Assembly: GCA_965261545.1 (NCBI GenBank)
Contig: CBDHDF010000002.1
Coordinates: 448,001-512,000 of the forward strand
Length of the DNA: 64,000 nucleotides
Direction: 5' to 3'
Source: Bdellovibrionales bacterium
GTDB taxonomy: Bacteria > Bdellovibrionota > Bdellovibrionia > Bdellovibrionales > UBA1609
The notes beneath the pieces were generated by a model. That model did not search any database. It saw nothing but the letters and a program-made list of their open reading frames with translations, and had not been told where the DNA came from. A program made the translations under genes and the position numbers. Below are positions 10,322 to 20,193 of the stretch, piece by piece; within the stretch, counting starts at the first letter, position 1, and each line of letters starts with the position of its first letter.

Positions 10322-10410
10322 TGGTGCCCCGGGCCAGACTTGAACTGGCACATCCGGTAAAGGATCCAGGATTTTAAGTCCTGTGCGTCTACCAATTTCG
10401 CCACCGGGGC
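10322..10410 (-). tRNA. tRNA-Leu, anticodon TAA
   Basis: GCCCCGG acceptor stem, CAGGA-CTTAAAA-TCCTG anticodon arm, long variable arm, GTTCAAGT, encoded CCA. Confidence 0.95.
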
Positions 10411-10716
10411 GCGTTTGTAACAAACTCTGTAACAAGCTCCTAACAAAGCTTTAAAAAATTTTGAAAAATTTTAACAAGGCTTGTCAAAAAGTGGAAAAGT
10501 GACTCTTAGACACACAAGATTTTAGATCTTGTGCGTTTGCCCTTTTTTCCCTTAGGGTTGTTACAAGTTGTTACTATAGTTGTTACAGGATTTTCTGGCA
10601 AATATTTATCATCTAGGGAAAGGAAACTCAGGATAAATTGTAAGTATTTGTAATTATTCATTAATTTATTAGTTAACTGCGTGTTTTGGCCCTTGATTTT
10701 TCTCTCTCTGCGTTAC

Positions 10717-10786
10717 TAGATGCACAGGACTTAAAATCCTGGATCCTTTACCGGATGTGCCAGTTCAAGTCTGGCCCGGGGCACCA
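10717..10786 (+). pseudogene. 5'-truncated second copy of tRNA-Leu(TAA), inverted (att-like)
   Basis: Matches the tRNA from the D-arm to CCA; 5' acceptor strand missing. Confidence 0.85.
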
Positions 10787-11977
10787 CAGGGTTTCATTTT
10801 ACTCCATATAAAGCAAAATGAGGCTTTGACTAGGAGCCTCCATGTCACCCCAGGTCAAGGAAAGAATCAAAGACATTCAAAAACTCTGCATCCGTTACCA
10901 CGTCTTAACACTCGACATATTCGGATCAGCAGCTACAGGAAGCCTAAAGCCCAATGACTTAGATTTTCTCGTCGAGTTTCAAAGCCTCCCTCCAGGAGAA
11001 CATGCAAAAGCCTACTTTAATCTCCTTGAAGATTTGAAACAGCTTTTCGGCTGTCACATAGACCTTGTTGAAGACGTAGCTACCTGAAATCCCTAAAAGT
11101 TGTAACTAGGTTTAATGTATTGCGTTAACTTTCCTCTCTTCCTATGGAATTGGCTGCTGTCAACGGTTTGAGAGGTTTAATAGTATTAATATATTTAATA
11201 TGATTCATAAGAATTTGCTGCGAAAGGTCCTCTTCGTCCCCATTGGATAGATGAGGCATAGTGGTAGCCACAGCCACCGTCACATTTGAAACAGATAAAA
11301 AACATCATTTTGTCTTGGGAAGCCCATCTATTTGGAAGGCTGAAAAAATATCCTTTTGTTTTTTAGACAGCTCTCCAAGCATCAGATCACCTGTAGCTAA
11401 TTCATAAAATTTTAATCGGTCCATCATTTTGTAAATTTCTATTTTAGACATTTTTTTATATAACTTCTTATCTTTCATAACAGTATCAATATGTGAAATT
11501 AAAATTAAAGAGAGAAAATTAATAAAGATGCTTCCCCTCATATTCATGAGAGAATGAACTCGACTTCTCCTTCCATTAATATCATGCTTGAATGAGAAAA
11601 ATACTTTCTCAATGATATCTTTGTTTCGATATAAACTCAATATATTTGTTTTCTTTAAATCATGACTATTTGTAATTAATATCATAATACCCAGCGTAGA
11701 AGATTCTTCATTAATATTTTCTTCATTTAAAGAAATCTTAAATGGAGTGCAATCAGAGATATTGAGAAACCTTTTTTTATTTCCTAAAGTTTCTTTCATA
11801 TAGGAACTAGCTTGTTCTTCTGATTTCAAATCTTTCTCAAGAAAGAGTTTCATAAAATCAAGCAACTCTTTCATTAACACAGATTCCTCATAAACCCTTC
11901 TTTCTTTGTCTAAGAAAATATGAGCCGTACAATCAAATCCTCCGATTTTTATTGATTCTTTGCAATGCGAATAAATT

Positions 11978-13698
11978 GGCTATATCCGAGTTTCTCGGAG
12001 CCTAAAGTCCAAATTCCCTAGGGAAATAGCTAAAAACTGGATGTACAGGTTATTCCTAAGATTTGTACATAAAAACACGGAGGACAGGGCTACCAAATCA
12101 CTTGTGTGGAGAGCCGCCGTTATCCACAAGACTCACCCACAGCAGCGCTGCTTTATTGTGGCTCCGAGGGCCATAGCCGCAGCGTCGCCATGGATGAGTC
12201 TGTGGATAACTGACTCATCTTGGCGGAGTTAGTATGGGGAGGTGAATTGGAAAAAGAAATGTTGATCGACAATAAAAACTATAATGTACAAAAACGCTTG
12301 GGGAAACTTCCAACAATATCCAAATCCCCAGCACACAAGTAAATCATATTCTCAAAACCCTGTAGGTTCTTAAATCCTGAAGCCCGATTTTTTATGATCT
12401 TTAGAAGGCGATTGATTCCCTCAGCCTTGGCATTTGTGACAGGATCTTTAATGAAGGAAAGAATATTTTCTTGGTGCTTCCTGAGCATCAAGGCAAACTT
12501 TTTCATAGAATCAATGCGTGATCTTAAGGCACGAGTGATCCAGGCATTCAGAAAATTCGCAGCATGACCTGGACTCACATAATCCCAGAAATGCTCAAAA
12601 TTATCTTTAAGCAGCCATGCTCTGAATATTTTATTGTTAGATTTCTCCATGAGGTTAATTTTACGAGTTTGGGCCTTACTACGAGAGGATGAACTGTAGG
12701 CTATCAACCAGCGAGTTCCCTTAATAGCCTTTCTGTCCTTCTTGCAGGCATCTCTCCAAATTTCTTTTCTCACCTCATCCACAGCCCTGTTGAGGGATTG
12801 AATAATGTGAAATTTGTCCAAAACGAGAGTAGCATTCTTACAATGCTCCTTGATAGAGGAGATGTAGCCTTGAGCCATATCACAACAAGCCACTCTAATT
12901 TTGTCTCGCTGATATTGGCTGAGTTCCTTTGTAAAAAAGGAGTCTATTGTCTCCTTACCCTTACCTTTTCCAATCCAAACGACACAGCCTTTCTTCATGT
13001 CGTAAATCAAGGTAATAAACTTCCTTCCCTTAGCATAAGAAATTTCATCGACTCCAATGACCTCCAAACCACGAATTTTGTGACCATCTCGTTCCCTGTG
13101 GATGATTCGATGAATAAGATCAGATAAGGTGGATGTGGGTATCTTGACAAGCTCTGAAACGGCTTTTTGGGTCATCTGCTTGGTCAGGGTCAGAATTGTT
13201 AGTTCCAGACGATAGGTGACTCGACTGAAGTGGTCGGCCCAAGGAATTCTCTCCATAATACGACCATGAGTGGGACACAGAACTTCCTTCGGAGAATAAT
13301 GGAAATAAATGGGGGTACCGCACACGACGATATCTCGCCACACTCTTTCTTCTAAGCATCTAAGTATCTTACAGCGGCGTCCACAATGAGGACAGCGGCA
13401 GCCATTCTTATGGGGTTTAACCCCTAAGTGAAGTTCTTGATTTCGATTTTTAAATTTAACCCAAGTCACTTTTAAGAATGATAATTTCAACATCTTTATA
13501 ATAAACTTATTCAAGACCATGGCATCTCCTGTATTATTTTCCAATAAGTAAATTAAGAGATTAAACCATGGTTTTGTTATGGGTAAAGTAATGAGGGGGA
13601 TAAATCATGGAAATTGAATTATTTTCTTGGTTTTTAATGCGGTAATTCTGCAACGTCGAAATTAGGCCCATTTTCTGTTGAGAAACTCGGATATACCC
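11978..13698 (-). mobile_element. ISL3-family element
   Basis: IR GG(G/C)TATATCCGAGTTTCTC; 8-bp TSD AATAAATT. Confidence 0.92.
12279..13544 (-). CDS. ISL3 transposase
   Basis: CPHCG zinc finger, IGVDE, CDM, DKFH, TNAKAEGIN. Confidence 0.93.
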   Translation of the reverse strand: MENNTGDAMVLNKFIIKMLKLSFLKVTWVKFKNRNQELHLGVKPHKNGCRCPHCGRRCKILRCLEERVWRDIVVCGTPIYFHYSPKEVLCPTHGRIMERIPWADHFSRVTYRLELTILTLTKQMTQKAVSELVKIPTSTLSDLIHRIIHRERDGHKIRGLEVIGVDEISYAKGRKFITLIYDMKKGCVVWIGKGKGKETIDSFFTKELSQYQRDKIRVACCDMAQGYISSIKEHCKNATLVLDKFHIIQSLNRAVDEVRKEIWRDACKKDRKAIKGTRWLIAYSSSSRSKAQTRKINLMEKSNNKIFRAWLLKDNFEHFWDYVSPGHAANFLNAWITRALRSRIDSMKKFALMLRKHQENILSFIKDPVTNAKAEGINRLLKIIKNRASGFKNLQGFENMIYLCAGDLDIVGSFPKRFCTL

Positions 13699-14887
13699 AA
13701 TAAATTTCCTCATTAAAAGTAAAAGAGCATGATGGAGATTTTATTTTCTCATTTAAAGCCACAGCAAGCTCTCTTGAGAGTTTTGTTCTAAAACTCATGG
13801 GTATCAAATACTTCAATTCCTTACGATGCAGTCCCTTAATATTTTCTACACTAGAAAAACCCTTATCCATAACTAAACAATCTAAATCTAATTTATAACT
13901 TGTTATGATCTCAATAATATTCGATAAAGTTTTGACATCCGGTATACTTCCAGGATAGATTCTGTACGCTATAGGCGTATGAGTTTTATTGTCTTCAGAT
14001 TTCCTACTTATCAGACCTAAGTTTATTTGTTCGAGATTCTCTCCATCTCTGTTGTAACCTTTCTCTAAAAATTCATTATTCATAGAGTAGGAAGAAAAGG
14101 ATGTGATGTCAAACATTACCGTACCAGAACCCTTCACTTGACTTATCCATTCGCTAAAGAAAGATTCTATCTTTTTTTGATCTCTCCCAAGATCACATAA
14201 GAGATTGCTTATTTTTTGTGACGACATAAAATTTTTCTTTGAAACATAAGCTTCTTGACACCACATATCGTAAAGATAAAAGGGCTCTCTTTTGATTATT
14301 TTAAAAAAAGCTAAATGCAAATAATGTTCGTAATTATCTGGATAAATTTTAGACAATGTTTTTAGAAGATTTAGTTGTTCGCATATTTTCTCTAAGAAAA
14401 ATAAGGCTCCCACATTATAGGAGCCTATGGGAATCTTTTTTCTTTTGGTCTTAATTTGACCTGTAAACTCATCCTTTCTTCCAAGGTAGATGCGTTTTTG
14501 CCTGGCCTGCTTTTTTTCCTTGTCCCAAAAGCTTTCAACTTTATAGACATAGGTTTTTCCCTTATTTTTTTGCTCAAAAGTGTATGACATCGTTAATATT
14601 GTAACTATGCTTTTGAAGAGATGACAATCTCTTAATCAAAGTGAAGGCCTTCTCAGACAATAATCAGGACTTAAGTCCTACACCTAGTTACAACTTTTAG
14701 GGATTTCAGGTAGCTATTACAAACCCCTTTTTTCGACAAAGTGTCGACGAAACGAGAAAACCTATCTATGCGGCTTAAAGAAAAAAAATACCTTTATGAC
14801 ATCACACAGCAAAGCCTCATCACAGAGTACTGCCGCACTGCCTTTACTTATCCCCGAGGACCTTCCTTGGGTTTTCTTGGGACTTCC

Positions 14888-15133
14888 CTAGGAACTTCCC
14901 TCGGGGACTTTCTCAAGAGTCCACATCTTATTATGCAGTATCTCAGAGATTTTTTTGGCATCCAATTCAGGCTTTCCGCCATAGTGACTTTCATTCACGT
15001 TGCGACCATGACCGAGAAGCAAAGCTCTGTCGTCTAGAGACATACCTGCTTCTTTTGCGGCCAAGTTAAAACCCCGTCGCATATCGTGTCTTGTGTACGC
15101 CACTTTGACATCTTTCCTTAACTTGGTGCCATT
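14888..15133 (-). pseudogene. C-terminal fragment of a second copy of the tyrosine integrase
   Basis: Near-identical to 2814-3045 (RHDMRR, LLGH, ESHY); cut by an IS21-like end TGTTAGGCGCCAAT at 15134. Confidence 0.88.
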
Positions 15134-15511
15134 TGTTAGGCGCCAATTAAAATTGGCCATTTTTAGAAGCCGTCGCCAATGAAAAACGGCCAGTTGATGA
15201 TGTACTGATTTAGTTATTCTTCGTTCAGAGTTTAGTCAAGTGTCTTTATTTTGCTCATCATTTAACTCGGACTATGCCACAAGATTCTGAGGAATGATTT
15301 TCTGCCCACCACTTTTGGCATGACCCCAAATGCATCCTTCAGCCCTATGGCAGAGGTAAATGGAGTATTTTTCAGGATTCCTTGGCGCAGCTAATGTCTA
15401 AAGCTCCGCGAGAGTGACGAGCAAATAGTACGGTAAAAGCCAGTTATCCATAAATTTATCCATGGCGACACTGCGGCTGTGACCCCGATGTCTAGCAACG
15501 CAGTGCTGCTG

Positions 15512-16144
15512 GTGTGCCCAGCACAATATAGGAGGTAACGACTATAGAAAGCTGACATGATGATGGTGGTAGGTCCACCGTTCTCGATTTACAGGAATTG
15601 GGAACAAACAACCCTAAGCTGCGCAGGGGGCAAGACCTGGGTGGTGAGCGTTAGGGAAAAGGCCAGAATAACTGGTCATGTGTAGTCTGTGAAGATGAGC
15701 GAAAGCGAACCATCGATGAGGCGTCGAAAATGCGTTAGTTGCTGTCAAAACCAAGGTCCCGGTAGTACCTTGGGATAAACTCGGAAGGTACCTGATTACT
15801 GGCCGAGTGGCAGCCGGCGTAAAGTTGGCATGAGCACAGACTTGGCGTCGTGTTGGAACTGGGGAACCTACTGGTGGATGATAAGGGAAACGCTATAAGG
15901 GAGACCCCCGAAGTGCTAAATACCGATGCCACCAACCAGGGGCAGAGTGATTCGTAGTAGTGATGAAGTTCTTGTAATGAGAATGGAGCGAAGGGGTCAC
16001 ATGATTTATGGAAGTAGTCAGGCCAACTTGGTTATGCTGAGGAGGAGCCTAATGAAACGGAAAATCATAGGAGCCGTGTGAGGGGAGACTTTCAAGCACG
16101 GTTCTGTGAGGGGCAGTGGGGGAAGTTCCCACTGCCTACTCGAT
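15512..16144 (+). ncRNA. ORF-less group II intron (about 633 nt)
   Basis: GTGTG start; domain V GAGCCGTGTGAGG...CACGGTTC; domain VI ending AT; ORF reduced to a few codons in domain IV. Confidence 0.8.
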
Positions 16145-16228
16145 CCAGATTTTTGAAGGAGCAAGGGCCCCACCATGAAATGGAAAATGGAGTCAAGCAC
16201 TCATTGAAGTCAAACGACCTCCTATGGT

Positions 16229-17551
16229 CTATGGTGCACCTAAATAACTCTCTTTTAGAAAAAAGGTGGGAAAAGAAAGTACACCATCGGCTTTTGGCTC
16301 GTCGAAGAGAACATCTGATAAAGCCGATTGTCCTGGGCCACTTGATGCCCTATAATAATCTCTATATGCGATTGGATCTACTTTTGTAGTTGCGAAGGGT
16401 CCATCACCCCTTAAAAATTTAGCTGTATCTAGTGTGATAGCCATTCTGTCTTGAACAAAAGTCCCGTGTTCTAGACTCACTTCTCGATCCGTACTGAATT
16501 GCATAAGCATGTAGTCCTTGTTTGATAGCGGCTCGAAAAAAGACATAGCATAGGGAGAGCTTACAACACGATCCAATTGTGAGAAATAAGGCTCGCCCGT
16601 ACCGATTCTTCTTGGAATTTCGCTCAAAAAGCGATCTGCAAAAGAAGGTTGGTCATTCTCCGGACAACCCAAACGACATGCCAAAAAAGTAATGCTCTTT
16701 ACCTGCTCCACCCCCAGTGGATCTATTTCCGCTACACGACGAAGGAAATAATCAAAAAACGCCTCTGGCCCCATCTTTGTTACTGGGTCGACGTTTATCA
16801 TCCCGTAGTTTCCATGAGAGCTGATTATAATTGATCCCAAACGAACATCATCAGAAAATATGCTCCCGCGTGCACTTGGCTGCCCCTTTAATCCAAGCTC
16901 TCTAAACACGACCCCTGTAGGATAGCCTTCGACAGAAGAACTATAATTATGCGTAAAGCGCATATTTTGGAGAAACATTATGTCAGTAAGATCGCCTGGC
17001 CCATCATTAAAGTCCGTCCTCTGAGTGAACCAAAGAGCCAGAGATGTCGGTTGTCCCCCCGTGGGATCCATAAAATTGGTGGGATTACTGTTGCTATAAA
17101 TATAAGGAGATTCATTGTATCGAGCGGGGTCGATCCTTGTGAATCGAAGGATATTTGGGTTGTATTCTCTTTGGTAGAAGTGGTAACTACTAAGTCCGAA
17201 ATTCACGGGTTGGCCCGTGTAACGATAGGGCACGGAATCGACATCCCCCGTGGAATTCGTCTCTCCGTAGGGAGTGTAGTCAAAACTTCCCAGTAGGCTA
17301 TTGTCTTCTTTGAGGACAATCCTGGTGGAACGCTGATGATCTGCAAGTAAATAGCGAGTTTCGTCGTTCACCACCTGGGCCAAAACCTGGCCTCTAGGAC
17401 CAAAAATATTAAGCGTCTGGGCCTGACCCTGATCAGAAATCTCCACAAGAGGGTGGAGTTCTGACCCATAAATAGCCGTGACAGTTTGAGCTGAAAGATC
17501 ATAGACCCAAAAAAATAAAATGAAAAGTTTCAATATCGCCTTTTTACTCAT
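16229..17551 (-). CDS. Secreted RHS-core protein with C-terminal putative clan CD cysteine-peptidase toxin domain (440 aa)
   Basis: Signal peptide MSKKAILKLFILFFWVYDLSA; DHQRSTR, YTPYG, YRYTGQ, REY.P...RF...DP, PY.Y...NP.NFMDPTG; then IIISSHG...ITFLAC. Confidence 0.85.
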   Translation of the reverse strand: MSKKAILKLFILFFWVYDLSAQTVTAIYGSELHPLVEISDQGQAQTLNIFGPRGQVLAQVVNDETRYLLADHQRSTRIVLKEDNSLLGSFDYTPYGETNSTGDVDSVPYRYTGQPVNFGLSSYHFYQREYNPNILRFTRIDPARYNESPYIYSNSNPTNFMDPTGGQPTSLALWFTQRTDFNDGPGDLTDIMFLQNMRFTHNYSSSVEGYPTGVVFRELGLKGQPSARGSIFSDDVRLGSIIISSHGNYGMINVDPVTKMGPEAFFDYFLRRVAEIDPLGVEQVKSITFLACRLGCPENDQPSFADRFLSEIPRRIGTGEPYFSQLDRVVSSPYAMSFFEPLSNKDYMLMQFSTDREVSLEHGTFVQDRMAITLDTAKFLRGDGPFATTKVDPIAYRDYYRASSGPGQSALSDVLFDEPKADGVLSFPTFFLKESYLGAP

Positions 17552-17597
17552 ATCATACCATCTTTCTATTTCATATAATAACCCAATAACTTTATAA

Positions 17598-18053
17598 CAG
17601 CAATTCCCGCCGAGCTTGAAAAACATTGGAATTCCTCCAAATCTCAGTGTGAGAATTGCACTGCATCGAATAAGATAAACCTCCCCATCTTCGCCATTTA
17701 GAGGCGAATGTCCAGACTTTAGTTTAGGGCAAATACGTTAAACTCTTTGGGGCACTTTGAGAGAAATGGCTGCTCATGATGTGTCGAAAACATCTGAGGC
17801 AGCAATAGGCTTAATCCCATAAGCCATTATGGCGAGGAGTTCCTGCCAATTTTTAAAGTATAGGGTATGGAAATACCCCCCCTCATATGATCCCATAGAT
17901 AAGATAGTCTCCTCTCTTTTTCTACCGCCTTTTGAAACAATTTACAGGCCAAATGTTGAAGTTGGTCCACTAAAAATACCAGTATCATAATCACGGCTAA
18001 ATTGTTACACAAATTTTGCTTGCCGTGGCCAAAATTGTGCTCAAAGTTGTAAC
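17598..18053 (-). mobile_element. Truncated right part of the ISNCY-type element seen at 51900-53542
   Basis: Near-identical to 53085-53542, including IR CAGCAATTCCCG. Confidence 0.88.
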
Positions 18054-18247
18054 ATTCATGGGGGCGCCTTGCTTCCCCACCCACGCCCATGAATCTTATC
18101 TAGGCCCCCACTTCTTTGCACGAAGCAACTCGGTGGACAGCTTCGCTGGTCTATATAATTGGCCTCTTTTAGTTACTCTGGACTTTTGATGGTATTTTTG
18201 TCATGTATGATTCCGATACAATAAAGGATAAAGCAATAACATTATTG

Positions 18248-18434
18248 GAAGGTGATAAGATGAGTGGCCGTTGAATAGATTGGTAATTTTAATTCCGTGA
18301 AGTAACATGGTCTTGAGCTTTGGATCGAACCCACGCATGTACCTGCACTCTGAGTGTATGGACGTATAGTAAGTTGACCTATTTTCGCTTTAGAATTTAT
18401 GGCAAAATCCCAAGGCTCTAGTTTTATCACCTTC
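18248..18434 (+). ncRNA. Candidate IS110 bridge RNA
   Basis: GAAGGTGATAAGA pairs with TTTTATCACCTTC, enclosing about 187 nt just upstream of the IS110 RBS. Confidence 0.5.
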
Positions 18435-18462
18435 TTTTTTTCTAACAGAAAGGAGGAGTCAT

Positions 18463-19663
18463 GTGGATATTATTTATAGTTCTGTTTGTGGAATAGATGT
18501 TCATCAACATATGTTGATGTGTACGATTGTCAAAGTGGAAGACGGTAAGAAGAAGTTTTTCACAAAAGAGTTCAAGAATTTTCCAAAAAATTTTCCTAGA
18601 ATGCGCTCTTGGATGAAGCCACATAAGGTTGAGAGAGTTCTTTTTGAGAGCACAGGGATTTATTGGAATTCTTTATACGATGATTTGACAGAAAAAGGTT
18701 ATGAAGTAGATGTTATCAATGCCTTTCATGTCAAAAATATTACTGGTAAAAAAACTGACGTGTTGGATAGCCAGTGGATTGCAGAGCTTGGTGCTTGTGG
18801 TCTTCTAAGAGCTAGCTTCATTCCTCCACGTGAGATTCGTTCTATTAGACTTTTGGCTCGTTATCGTACAAAAACGATCCGCCAAATATCTTCGGAACAA
18901 AATCGTATGTATAAGGTTCTTGAATATTCAGGCATTCGTTTAACCTATGCAATGTCTAAAGCTGACTGCGTATCTGGTATGGCCATGATTCGTGCCATAG
19001 CTAATGGAGAGAGATCAGTTTCTAAATTGATGTCTCTTGCCAGAGGGTCTTTACGTCAAAAGACCGAAGAATTTTCTTACGCCCTGTCGGGAAAGATGAC
19101 GGAAGAAAATCGTTTTGTTCTTCAACGCATTCTTGATCGAATAGATTTTTTGAAAAAAGAATGCTCTCAAATTGAAGAAGAACTTTTCATTCGTATGAAA
19201 CCCTATGAAAGGCAGTGGCATCTACTCCAGACTATACCTGGAATTGACGAATTAAGTGCAGCGCTTTTGATTGCAGAAATAGGAGGCAATGTGAAGTCTT
19301 TTAAAAATAAAGGAAATTTTTGCTCCTGGATGGGGATTTGCCCATCCAATAATGAGAGCGCAGGAAAAAAAGTCTTCACGAACGAGGAAAGCGAACACAT
19401 ATGTGAAATCGTTGGTATGTGAGATGGCCAATAGTGCTATTAAGACGAATTCACAATTCAAAGGCAAATACCAATCACTTGTTATAAGGCGTGGGCACAA
19501 GAGATCAGTGATTGCCGTTGGTCACAAAATGATGGGAGTTGTTTATTCAGTCATAAGTAATGACACCCCCTACAAAGACCCTGGAATTGACTATGAAAAG
19601 CTCATGGTGAAAAAAAATGCACCAAGGTGGATTAGAGCGTTAAAAAAGTATGATTTCATGTAA
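18463..19663 (+). pseudogene. IS110-family recombinase, frameshifted at an A7 run near 19365
   Basis: GIDVH, FESTG, KTDVLDS, TIPGI, NESAGK motifs; C-terminus continues in ORF 19352-19663. Confidence 0.9.
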
Positions 19664-20025
19664 TGTAGGATGATTTAAAAACTCGGACATTTGAAAAAAT
19701 TCGAAGAACGGATAGTGGATTCGTGCGTCCAAACTACCCCGGAGATTCATAGTAACTATTCAGGGGGTGCCGCATTAATTCGAACAATTTTTTTAAAAAA
19801 AGTATAAAAATTCTTGACAAGTTTTTGAAGCAAACGACCTCTTTCATTTGTTCTTTATCGAATATGTTCCTGCATATGCCTTAAACTCTCTGAGAGCCAT
19901 AGTATTGAAAGATTGTGAAACATAGGTCGCGGGGGGCACTTCTCATTCCTTTTGCTTCTTAGAACGAATCCTAGTGCATTTTTTTTAATGAAAAAAAGGC
20001 ATGTTAATATTTTCATAAGGTAAGT

Positions 20026-20193
20026 ATGAAAATAGAAAATATTGACGTGTCTTCAGCCATAAATAAAATCAGGAAGCTTCTTAAGAAAGAGAAGTCCCTT
20101 TCTCCCGCTTTTATTGTGGCCATTGAGTTGTTGATCAAAATCATCACTATTCTAGTAAATCAAAAAAAATTAAATAGTCAAAACAGTAGTATT
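20026..20193 (+). pseudogene. IS66-type transposase N-terminal fragment
   Basis: LNSQNSS motif, cut by the IS3 left end. Confidence 0.55.

Larger units (their letters stand above)
11083..14710 (-). mobile_element. IS1634-family element, transposase interrupted by ISL3
   Basis: IR CCTGAAATCCCTAAAAGTTGTAACTAGGT; TSD TAGCTA; FDITS, GYNRDG, DKGF motifs. Confidence 0.9.
10842..14802 (+). pseudogene. Second MNT-HEPN module: MNT split by IS1634, HEPN truncated after about 12 codons
   Basis: MNT 10842-11082 resumes after 14716 (ITNPFFRQSVDETRKPIYAA); MRLKEKKYLYDI then diverges. Confidence 0.85.

Noticed and set aside
10717..10786. Second functional tRNA-Leu
   Set aside because: Lacks the 5' acceptor strand and most of the D-arm
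17552..17626. First 25 codons of the 465-aa ORF
   Set aside because: Starts inside an IS end; the signal peptide begins at 17551
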